NCBI RefSeq assembly: GCF_028641065.1
Contig: NC_073408.1
Location: forward strand, 3,596,001 to 3,660,000
Length of the DNA stretch: 64,000 nt
Reading direction: 5' to 3'
Source: Leucoraja erinacea
Taxonomy: Eukaryota
This document shows, piece by piece, positions 10,706-21,645 of this stretch (the first letter of the stretch is position 1; every line of letters starts with the position of its first letter). A program made the position numbers and the translations under genes. The notes beneath the pieces are model-generated. The model worked only from the letters and a program-made list of their open reading frames with translations. It did no database searches and was not told the DNA's origin.

Positions 10706-13634
10706 TTTCACTGTACCTCGGTCCATGTGACAATAGACAACATTGAAGGGTGCGGGAGGGATGGAGAGCGAGGGAAAGCAAGGGTTTATAGTTAGAGAAA
10801 TCAAAACTCATACCGCTGGGTTGGAAGCTGCTCAAGCGAAATATGACATTTAGGTTTCTTTTGCAGCCCGATTTATTTTTCATAGGTGTTTTCCTTGGTC
10901 TTTTGTTTTTACAAAGTGGCTCATCAACAGTTTGCAGGTGCATCCTCCGTGTGGTGGCCCTGAGCCCTTTGTTGAGTACCCGTAACATGAAAAACATCCT
11001 TAACATTCTGCAGCTCTCATTTCCTGCTTAAAAATCCGAGTTGTAATCAAAGTGTTTAATGCAAAAATATTGTTATTTTTAAACTCAATTCCGATACAAT
11101 TTCACTTGAAAACATTAATTCCGTTTCTCACCTCTTGTGTTGCCTGAACTGCCGAGTGGTACCAGCATTTTTGATTTGATTTTCTATTTGAATGCTTTAA
11201 AATATCTTTGGAGTTTTCAAGGAAGCCAAGGTCTTAAATACAATGTGCAATGACATTATTCTGTTTGACAAGGATAGACACAGCTTAAGGATAACTCAGG
11301 GGAAATCGGGCAAAAACCGAGATGAGAGACCCCTGTTTTTCACACATGAGATTGTGTGCAGCGTTCTCTGAAAACTCTCTATCACAAAAGGGTCATGTCA
11401 TAAGTAATAGGAGGCAGAATTCATTGGCAATAGTTACTCCACCAGGGAATCATGGCTGGCTATCTCTCCCTCCTAACCTCATTCTCCTGCCTTCTCCCCA
11501 TAACCCCTGACACCCGTACTAATAAAGAATCTATCTCTGCTTTCAAAATATCCATTGGCTTGGCCTCTGCAGTCACCTGTGGCAAAGAATTCCACAGATT
11601 CACCACCCTCTGACTAAAGACATTCCTTCTCATCTCCTTCCTAAAGGAAGTCCTTTAATCCTGAGACTGTGACCTCGAGTCCTAGACTCTCCCACTCTCC
11701 CATTCAGAGTCAAACAAATTATTTTTTATTCCATTGATCTCCCATCTGCAGGAGAGAGAGAGAGGCCTGATCGCGTACAATCTATCCAGCTGTGATGCGA
11801 TCAGCACTGTCCCACCTAACCAAAGCATGGCATTTTTTTATATGCATTGTGGAGGCCCATGTATAGAGGTTCGTAATCCAAAGCAAACAAGTGTATGATC
11901 TGCTGCTTCTGAAATCACTCTTCCTTTGAGACCATCCAAAAACACAGCACCTTGTGATTATAGCACCTTGTTTGATTTACTAGTCTAATTTACTAGTCTA
12001 ATTACTGCTATTTATGCCTGGTAAACGTACACATCAGCTTTCAAAGATATCGTGTAAGAAAGTTCCATTTTGCTTATCGGAAAGAAAGTGCAAATGAGTG
12101 CCTGCAGCTATTGCGTTACATGTTTAAATGTATCTGGAATATATTTTTCCACTTACAGAGCATAAACAGGTAATTTTCTCCGTTTCATACTCCTCCGGTT
12201 AGCATCATGCATCAGGTGAAGCATTGTACCGATGGAAGGGGGAACTTGATCAGCTGATTTACCCCCTCGTTTATTTCAAATGGCAGCTCTTTGCGTAAAG
12301 GGCCTGTCCCACTTACGCAACCTTTACAGGCGACTGCTGGCACCCGTGATAGGTCACGGAAATTTTCAACATGTTGAAAATTCAGCAGCGACCAGAAAGA
12401 CACTACGACTCTTTGGAGACCTCTCACAACCATACAGACCCTTCTTCAGACAGAAGTGTTCACAGATGTCCTTGTGCAATGCCAGGCTATAATTACTGCG
12501 GAGTTACTGCTCGGACTGCTATAATGCTGTGGCCTCTGAGAAAGAGTGGTTCTCTTGAAGAGAATATTCAAGTGTGGGTTGATCTTTTAACTCAACAGGA
12601 ATACTTTGCGTCCACTATAGGTTTTTACATTGTGATGTGCAAGTTATTCTGAGTGTGTTAAAGTTGCCCGTGTCAGTGCACGTTTGTAAATAATGTACAG
12701 CAGAAATTTCAAACTGAAGAACCTGTGGTCTCCAATGTACGAGCAACACAGTGGCAAGGTTGGTGAACCAAATGTACAACAAAGAATTCAAGACTGTGAA
12801 CAGTGTAGGATATGTCCTTTATCACTGAATAACAAAATGCATCAACAATGCAAGTGTATTTTTATTGTGATTAAATCGCAAAGCTTTAAGCAGTTTCTTA
12901 TAGTCTATCTATCTACGCAAATTCTTGCCGTCAGCTTACAATCACCGCACCCTCACTGGCAGTGCCAGCATTACATTCCAGACAGGCAGAATTACACACT
13001 CCTTCATGGTGTGATGTGTTTATGACAGACTCGGGTGACTGATTTCGAGGCCAAATAGCAATTCCTGCTCCAAGTGAATGTTCTGCCCGCAAAAGGATTC
13101 TGCAAACCCATCAAGAGATTTTCACAAACATCATTGTGGACACTGGAACTAGTTTCCTGCCTTGAGGCTGTTTGCAAAAGTTCTCTTGAAGTTTCTTCCA
13201 TTTTTGGTGATGTTGATCATATTAACTATTTTGTATTTCCATCATGCATCTGCAAAATTCTAGGTGCTTTTCAAAGATTTCCACTGTTCAGTGTAATCAT
13301 TTAATGGGATCGTTTTCACCCAAAACTGTGACATATTTACAAGCGGTCATGATGCTTTATTTAATTACCCCAATTTACTTCATAACTCAAGGTAAATTAG
13401 CCCCTTGTCTGGCAGCCCAGTGGACAGTTGGAATCCAACTGAAGGCACAAACATTTGTCTATCATAAACAAACAGATACTGGGCTAATTAATGGTACTTA
13501 ATGACAGCAACCTTTTCCAATATGCAGAAGATCCTACAATTCCCCCATTGGCCTCATTGGTCATCCCAGAACTGACATGCTTCGAGTGGAAGCAAGCAAG
13601 TCATTCTCGAGCCCAAGGGGCTGGTAGGCAGAAA

Positions 13635-13792
13635 GAATGAGCTGCCAGAGGAAGTAGTTGGGGCAGATAGGACAGCGACATTGGAAAGACATTTGGCCAG
13701 GTACATGGAGAAGAAGGGTTGGGGGGATATGTGGGCAAATGGGGCTAGTTTGAATGGGGCATGTTGATCAGCATTTTGTGGTTGCTGGGCTG
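13635..13792 (+). mobile_element. Old CR1 3' fragment antisense in the CXCR5 3'UTR
   Basis: NELPEEVVGA...LERHLARYMEKKG-like remnant and CR1 tail. Confidence 0.6.
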
Positions 13793-13794
13793 TT

Positions 13795-14856
13795 TTAAAT
13801 ATTGGACCAGGATGTGGTATTGTCAAAGACAGAACTGCTCCTATTCCTTTCGCCGATTTTCTGATGAAGGAAGTTGTCCAAGGTTGCCTGACTGATGCAG
13901 CGCAGATCTCTGAAGAGTTTCAGGATGCTGTCTCTGAACTTCACCCCAATAAACACATAAAGAACTGGATTCAGGCAGCTGTGGATGAATCCAGTGCTCT
14001 TTGACACCTCAATGGTAAATGTGAGCTTTCTGTAGAAATCGCAGTCTGCTGTGATCACATGCAGATTGCACAGTGTCTTTATGAACTTAGCCACGTTGTA
14101 CGGGGCCCAACAAATGCAAAACATCACGGTGACTGTGAGCACAACTTTAATGGCTTTGTGCCTCCCAAAGGTCTGGGTCTTGTATAATGTTTTGATTACC
14201 ATTGCATAACAGTAGCACATCACTGCGAGTGGTAAGGCAAAGCCAATTCCGTGGTAGAGAAACTGTTCAAAAAGCAGCCAGTCCTGGGCCATAGCTGATG
14301 TGTAAATGCATTTGGTTTCGTTGTTGAAATCATTATCCGCAACTTGCAAGAATATTAAATTCGGAATCTGTAGCAGGGAACCTGTCACCCAAATAGCTGA
14401 ACAAACCAGGTGGGCATACTTGGCACTGTGCCTTTTATGGATCTGAACGGCATAGACAATTGCCAAGTAGCGGTCAATGCTGATGCACGCCAGCAGCAGG
14501 CTGTTGCAGAAGAAGTTGAGTTTGAGGATGGAGTGTAGAAGTTTGCAAAGGAAAACACCAAAGAACCACTTGGAAATACTCTCGAGGGCAAAGAACGGGA
14601 GAACCAAGACCAGGAGGAGGTCAGCCACCGCCAGATGAAGCAAGTAGCTGTCGGTCGGAGACCTTGAACCCTTGTAACGTAACAAAATCGCCAACACCAG
14701 ACTGTTTCCAATGGTCCCCAACAGGGAGACCAGGAAATAAACTATTGGCACGATAATCTTTCGGAAATAGTGTGGCGTTTCCTCAACTTCTGGACAGTAA
14801 GTGTCTGCAGGAAACGTAGTGGTCTCGTCATTGCCATAGGAGTAATTCCAGGAGTA
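13795..14856 (-). CDS. CXCR5: CXCR5-like chemokine receptor, coding exon 2 (353 codons + stop)
   Basis: 7TM class A GPCR with GNSLV, LAVADLL, DRYLAIV, CWAPY and CLNPVLY motifs. TM2 LVLPF lacks the TxP threonine, as in CXCR5. Minus-strand acceptor TCATTTCAG|TAC at 14857/14856, phase 0. Divergent from DDX6 as in human. Confidence 0.9.
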   Translation of the reverse strand, partial: YSWNYSYGNDETTTFPADTYCPEVEETPHYFRKIIVPIVYFLVSLLGTIGNSLVLAILLRYKGSRSPTDSYLLHLAVADLLLVLVLPFFALESISKWFFGVFLCKLLHSILKLNFFCNSLLLACISIDRYLAIVYAVQIHKRHSAKYAHLVCSAIWVTGSLLQIPNLIFLQVADNDFNNETKCIYTSAMAQDWLLFEQFLYHGIGFALPLAVMCYCYAMVIKTLYKTQTFGRHKAIKVVLTVTVMFCICWAPYNVAKFIKTLCNLHVITADCDFYRKLTFTIEVSKSTGFIHSCLNPVLYVFIGVKFRDSILKLFRDLRCISQATLDNFLHQKIGERNRSSSVFDNTTSWSNI

Positions 14857-15291
14857 CTGAAATGAGTAAAGACACAAATAGTGAACATCACAATGGTTCT
14901 GGAAATATTTATCTTACGGATCTGAATGTCAAATAAAACATCACATAAATAAACGCCTCTCTCCCTTTTTTCCCCCAATAAGATTATTTAAAGGAAAATT
15001 CTGATGAGGTTGTCAACCTGAAATGTTCTCCCTCCATAGGTGCTGCCTGATCTGTCAGATAGTTCCAAGTTATATGTGCTTATTCCAGGTCCCAGTTTAG
15101 ACCTGTTGCTCTATGAAGTCCTGTTCTGGGGAGAGAACAGAATAAATGGCTCTTATGAACCTTGCAGTTAGGATGGCGGAACTCAGCCACAATTCCAAAT
15201 ATAATAGTTGAATCCTGTTCAAACACGCAAATGCATGGAGGCTGGGTGTGAGTAAAGTCGTAAAGTCAAGACTCCCACAAACCAATATTTA

Positions 15292-15323
15292 GTCTGAAGA
15301 AGGGTTGCAACCCGAAACGTCAC
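15292..15323 (+). ncRNA. Minimal type I hammerhead ribozyme motif in a Penelope pLTR copy (15291-15385)
   Basis: GU-CUGAAGA-A-GGGU(UGCA)ACCC-GAAAC-GUC^AC. It lies antisense within the CXCR5 intron. Confidence 0.65.
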
Positions 15324-15439
15324 CTATTCATTTTCTCCAGAGATGCTGCCTGATATGCTGAGTTACTCCAGCACATTGTGTCTAGATTGGTGTACTCATC
15401 TGGATAGTAGTCTTCTCACCACCAAACATCATGCCTCAC

Positions 15440-17070
15440 AACCTTGACTGAATTGTTTGAGGAGGTGATGAGGACACAGGTGGAGGTTGCCAACATGGAC
15501 TTGAATTAGCCATTTGATAAGATCCCTCATTGTCAGCTGGTCCAAAAGATCAAAATGCATTGGCTCCTTAGTAACTTGGTACTTTGGATTCAGAAATGGA
15601 TTACCCATGCAAGACAGAGAGTAGTGCTGGAAGGGTGTCTTTCTGGCTGGTGGCCTGTGACCAGTGGTGGTCTGCAGGGATCAGTGATGAGACCTATGCT
15701 GTTTCTGATATATATATATAAAAGACGTGTGAAAATGTAGATGGGTTGGTTAGTAGGTTTGCACGCAAACGTTGGTAGAATTATGGGCAGTAAGAAGGCT
15801 GTCATAGAACACTGCATGATAAAGGTCAGATACAGATATGGGCGGAGAAATAGCAGATGGTGTTTTATCTGGGCAAGAGTGAATTGGTGCACTTTGGGAG
15901 ATCAAATGTCAAGAGAAATTTACAATTTATGGCAGGACCATGAATGGAATTGATGTACAGAGTTACCTTCGGGTCCAAGTCAATAGGCAATAGGTGTAGG
16001 AGTAGGCCATTTGGCCCTTCGAGCCAGCACCGCCATTCAATGTGATCATGGCTGATCATCCCCAATCAGTACCCCGTTCCTGCCTTCTCCCCATATCCCC
16101 TGACTCCGCTATCTTTAAGAGCCATATCTAGCTCTTTCTTGAAAGTATCCAGAGAACCAGCCTCCACTGCCCTCTGAGGCAGAGAATTCCACAGACTCAC
16201 AACTTTCTGTGTGAAAAAGTGTTTCCTCATCTCCGTTCTAAATGGCTTCCTCCTTATTCTTAAACTGTGGCCCCTGGTTCTGGACTCCCCCAACATTGGG
16301 AACTTGTTTCCTGCCTATAGCATGTCCAAACCCTTAATAATCTTATATGTTTCAATAAGATCCACTCTCATCCTTCTAAATTCCAGAGTATACAAGCCCA
16401 ACCGCTCCATTCTCTCAGCATATGACAGTCCCGCCATCCCGGGAATTAACTTTGTGAACCTATGCTGCACTCCCTCAATATCAACTCCACAACCCACTGA
16501 AAGCAGCAACACAAGAAGAAGAGTGGTAGAGAATGCAGATGGTGCGCTTGCATTAATTGATCGAGGAAGTCTTGTTGCAGCTGTATAAAACTTTCATGAG
16601 GGCCACATCTGGAGCATTGTGCGGAGTTCTGGCCACCTCATTACTAGAAGGATGCGGAGAGGGTGCAGAGGATGTTTATGGGGACACTGCTTGGATTAGA
16701 GAATAGAAACATGGAAACATAGACAATAGGTGCAGGAGTAGGCCATTCAGCCCTTCGAGCCTGCACCGCCGTGTGGTGGGGAGGTTGGGGAGAGTAGGAT
16801 TGTTTTCTGTGGAGCGTTGGGGCTGATGGGGTGACCTAATAGAAGTTTATAAAATTGTGAGAGGCACAGATAGGGTAGACGATCAGAATCTTTTCTCAGC
16901 ATGGAAATAGCAAACTAGTGGGCATAGCTTTAAGATGAAAGGAAGAAAGTGTAAAGGAGATGTACAGGGCATGTTTTGAAACACAGAGAGTGATGGTCAC
17001 CATGAATGGTGACTGAAGCAGAAACAATTAAAGCATTTATGCTGCTTTTAGATCGGCATAAGTGCTTAGA
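15440..17070 (+). mobile_element. Decayed CR1 RT region interrupted by a younger minus-strand CR1 (15981-16478)
   Basis: WIQKWIT..RQRVVLEG...VTSG..QGSV on plus. ORFs 16066-16296 and 16315-16512 are CR1 C-terminus on minus. Confidence 0.8.
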
Positions 17071-18408
17071 ATATAAACTCCATCTGAATCTCAATATGTG
17101 AAATTTAGTCGTCACAAGAAAATATATCTTTGCGAATTCTCAAATTTATTCCTTAAAAGTTTTCCATTGGGAGTGGTTGAGGAGGGACATTGTGAGCATT
17201 AGACAGAAATGTTGAAGGAGACGATACAGGACTTGGGGCAATGCAGCACAGAGGAATTTGCTTGGGATTTGCATAGTATAAATGTAAATTGTCCCTAGTG
17301 TGTGTAGGGTAGTGTTAGTGTGCGGAGATCGCTGACTCGGTGGAAACTAAACTACAGCGATGTATCATATTTGAATTTACAAATTGATTTCAATATTTAC
17401 CTTGCACAAAACGGTATTCCCTTATCATGTATTTTTACACTGTAAATGGCTCGATTGTAATCATGTATTGGTTTTCCACTGACTTGTTAGCACGCAGGAA
17501 ACTGTACCTCGGTACACGTGACAATAAACTAACCATAAATGCCATTTATGGTAATAATACACAGATTTGTTATCACACATCTAGCAGCACAAACTTGCAA
17601 TGTGTGAGATTGGTTCATATTATATAGTATAATACCTGAATACACCCAACAATATATTTGTACGTGGAGTACTTATGCTCCTGTGAGCCACGTAAATGGA
17701 GATCGCAAGTTTGGACCCACTGACAATAAATCTTCAAACATTATGCCTATGGTTTCTTTACCCATTAGAGGGAACTTATGGGATTGTATTACATAAGTGG
17801 TTTAGCAAGCAAATTGGGGACTTTTCCACCCCCAAACTTGTTTCATTATGCAGTAGGAATGTGCTGACATATTTTAACTCGATCTGCCCATTTAAATTCC
17901 ATAAAATGGTTCTGTTGGTGTAAAGGACTAAATACAATATTACAGGTAGACAAAAATGCTGGAGAAACTCAGCAGGTGAGGCAGCATCTATGGAGCGAGG
18001 GAATAGGCGATGTTTCGGGTCGAGACTATTACAATCAGTTGGAGAGGTCAAATGTGAGGGTAATGCGTAACTTTAGCAATGAATAATTTAAGTAACTGAA
18101 TGGAGAATAAACCCATGAACAATACACCCTTCAGAAATTAGCTTAAATCATTATCAAATTATCACATACCAAAACCATCAATGTGAATAGAAATAAAAAG
18201 TTTAAATAAATTGTTGCTTTCAAAATCTAATAGTTGCACGTTGCAAAAGTGTATCATCTTCATTTCTCGTGCTTAATAATCAGTTATACAGTACTGCAAC
18301 AATTAAAGGTTTTGAAAGTTAAGTTAAAAGGCAATCAGAACTTTTTTGTCACAACTTGTTATCAATAGCATTCATCACGGTCCATAAAACAAGATGAGGA
18401 TTACTTAC

Positions 18409-18447
18409 AACATCAAAGTCATCCATGTCAAACCTCATTTCTGACAT
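18409..18447 (-). CDS. CXCR5: CXCR5 coding exon 1 (MSEMRFDMDDFDV)
   Basis: ATG plus 12 codons ending at a perfect GTAAGT donor (plus-strand acttac 18403-18408). Phase 0 joins in frame to YSWNYSY. A short acidic first exon is typical of CXCR5. Confidence 0.8.
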
Positions 18448-18529
18448 ATCAAGGCATTCAACTGTGTTGAAGAGACGGCAACTCAACAGAGAGTTTCATT
18501 AATGTATTGATAACTTTGAGAATGCAGAA

Positions 18530-18660
18530 GTTCTATTGAATTAGCATATCTGGTTGTTTTTTTAACACTCGTGACACCCTTCCTGTTTGTCGAATTTAAA
18601 TATTGTAAATTTTCCCTTTTATTAATTTCTTGATTGCATAATGAATATATATTTTAGCAT
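18530..18660 (-). promoter_or_regulatory. Putative CXCR5 proximal promoter
   Basis: Just 5' of exon 1: variant octamer ATTAGCAT 18540-18547, ETS core CTTCCTGT 18579-18586, kB-like GGGAAAATTT (minus) 18607-18616. Confidence 0.4.
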
Positions 18661-19888
18661 TGTCAGCAGCAGGTCAAATCAGGAAACGTTTAGCATCCTG
18701 TACAACTTCAAATCTACATCCAGATACTTCACGACCAGCAGAGTTAATCTGATATCAGTAGTAGCGAAAACACTGGCATCTATTATTAACAAAATGGTAA
18801 CATGTAAATAAGAAAATAATTAAAATGTTGGGCTAAGTCATCGAAGATTTATGAAAGGAACTCCATGTTTCAGGTCGAGACCCTTCTTCAGACTGAGAGA
18901 CAGGGGAAAGGGAAGCCTGTAACAGTCTGAAGAAGGGTCTCGACCTGAAACATCACCCATTCCTTCTCTCCAGAGGCGCTGCCTGTCCCGCTGAGTTACT
19001 CCAGCATTTTGTGTCTCTCCATGTTTCAAAGTCTGTGAGAGATTTTTGAAATTGGAACTAGCAATATAGATATGGTGGGCTAGTTGATGTGGTCCATTTA
19101 AACCTTCAAAAGGACTTGATTATAGGTCACATAGGCAATAATTAAATAAAATTAGGTTGGTGTGGAAGTGAATTGGTTAATAGAGGAAACAGTAGGAATA
19201 AATGGTCACATTTGGTTGATGAGGCTGAGGTTATTGGGGTTTTGCATGGGGATGTATAGTGCTGGGCCACAATGATCTGTATGAGGGAATCTAGTACATT
19301 ATAATCAAAGATAGACACAAAAAGCTGGAGTAACTCAGCTGGTCAGACAGCATCTCTGGAGAAAAGAAATAGGTGATGTTTTGGGTCGAGACCCTTTTTC
19401 AGACTGACAGTCGGGGGGGGGGGGGGGGGGGGGAAGGAAAACGAGAGCTATAGACAGTGATAGAGAACAAATGGATGAAAGATATGCATAAAAGTAACGA
19501 TGACAAAGGGAAGGGGCCAATGTTAGTTGTGGGCTGTGTGAAAACGTGTTACAGCCAAATAACATTATAATCTCACAAGATTGATATAGGTTGATTCTTG
19601 CAAAGGCTGTTTTGTTGACATTTCTTGCCGTCACGTCCATTTGCACCCTCTGCATACTCCTTCCTTTGCAGTACTCTTCTTGCAGCTGCCTGGAGATGGA
19701 ATATTTTGCAGCACTGAGCTAGGTATGGTCACATGCCGGATCTGTTGGCCCGTCTGTGAAGAGCTTGCCAGGTGGAAATATACGCACTGTGCAAGATGAA
19801 CCATTCAGAAGTGAACATTTTACATTGCTGTTTCACTCTGAAACTTTCACTGGCAATGTTTCTCACTATCGGCAGTCCCTGGGTTATA

Positions 19889-20557
19889 GAGTGCCCTCCA
19901 TAATGTTTGGGACAAAGATCCATCATTTATTTATTTGCCTCTAACTCCACAATTCGGGATTTGTAGTAGAAAAAAATCACATGTGGTTAAAGTGCACATT
20001 GTCAGATTTTAATAAAGGCCATTTTTATACATTTTGGTTTCATCATGTAGAAATTACAGCTGTGTTTATACATAGTCACCCCCTCATTTCAGGGCACAGC
20101 AATGTCATGTAAATGAAAGTAGTCATGTTTAGTATTTTGTTGCATATCCTTTGCTTGCAATGACCGCTTGAACTCTGCGATTCATGGACATCACCAGTTG
20201 CTGGGTGTCTTCTCTGGTGATGCTCTGCCAGGCCTGTATCAGAATCAGAATCAGAATCATACTTTACTAGCCAAGTATGTTTTGCAACCTACAAGCAATT
20301 TGCAGCCATCTTTAGTTTATGCTTGTTTTGGGGGCTAGTCCCCTTCAGTTTTCTCTTCAGCATATAAAAGGCATTCTCAATTGCGTCCAGATCAGGTGAT
20401 TGACTTGGCCACTCATGAATTGACAAATTTTTAGCTTTGAAAAACTCCTTTGTTGCTTTACTGGCTGGCATTTGGGGATTTTCCTTTATTATAAGGAGAA
20501 TTCTTCTGTCATCAGCTGTGAAGGTCCTCCTTGGCCTGCCTGTCCCTTTGCGATTGG
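19889..20557 (-). mobile_element. Tc1-like DNA transposon remnant
   Basis: TA + (G)AGTGCCCTCCATAATGTTTGGGAC TIR. Minus-strand EWPSQSPDLDAIEN, the motif around the DD34E glutamate. Confidence 0.85.
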
Positions 20558-20559
20558 TA

Positions 20560-21645
20560 AAATGCTGGAAACTGTATAGGCTGGTGAGCTTACCATGTGT
20601 AGTTGGAAAGGTACTCGAGAGTATTCTGAGGGATAGGTTATACAGGCATTTGGAAGAGCAATGGTTGATTAGGGATAGTTAGCATGGTTTTGTATGTGGG
20701 AGGTCGTGTCTCACAAATCTGATGAGGGCAGGGCTGTAGATGTTGTGTACATGGACTTCAGTAAGGCATTCAACAAGGTTCCGCATGGTAGGCTGCTCTG
20801 GAAGGTTAGATCGCATGGGATCCAAGGAGAGATAGCTGAATGGATAGCACATTGGCTCCATGGAAGGAAGCAGAGGATGATGGTGGAAGGTTGCTTCTCG
20901 GACTGGAGGCCTATGACTAGTGGTGTGCTACAGGGTTCAGTGCTGGGCCCGTTATTGTTTGTCATCTACATCAATGATTTGGATGAGAACATACTGGGCA
21001 AGATTAGCAAGCTTGCTGATGATACAAAAGTGAGTGGTTTTGCAGATAGTGAAGATGGTTGTGAATGATTGCAGCAGGATCTGGATCGATTGGCCAGGTG
21101 GGCTGAGGAATGGTTGATGGAATTTAATACAGAGAAGTGTGAGGTGTTGCATTTTGGGACGTCTAACATGGGCAGGACCTACACAGTAACTCTACAACTC
21201 TCTTGGGAGTGTTGTAGAGCAGTGGGATCTAGGAGTACAGGTGCATGGTTCCTTGAAGGTTGAATCGCAGGTAGAAAGCATGGTCAAAAAGGCTTTTGGC
21301 CCATTGGCCTTCATCAGTCAGAGTATTGAGTATAGTAGTTGGGAGGTCATGTTGCAGTTATATAAGATGTTGGTGAGACTGCATTTAGAATACTGTGTTC
21401 AGTTCTGGGCATGTTATAGGAAAGATATTGTCAAGCTTGAAAGTGTTCAAAAAAGATTTACGAGGATGTTGCCAGGACTAGAGGGTGTGAGCTATAGGGA
21501 GAGGTTAAGCAGTAGGAACGTGTCTCAACCCGAAACTGCCTGTCCAGCTGAGTTACTCCAGCATTTTGTTTCTACCTCCGAGAGGTTGAGTAGGCTGGAT
21601 TTCTATCCCTTGGAGCACAGGAGGATGAGGGGTGATCTTATAGAC
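20560..21645 (+). mobile_element. CR1 LINE reverse transcriptase fragment
   Basis: VDVVYMDFSKAFNKVPH, QGSVLGPLLF, ADDTK, LEYCVQFW, with stops and frameshifts. Confidence 0.9.

Noticed and set aside
1-13000. Expected BCL9L terminal exons
   Set aside because: No Pro/Met/Gly-rich coding sequence was found. The region is almost entirely repeats.
14857-14877. N-terminus MCLYSFQ given by the ORF track for the receptor
   Set aside because: It has a non-ATG start and is the intron pyrimidine tract and acceptor. The real start is in the exon at 18409-18447.
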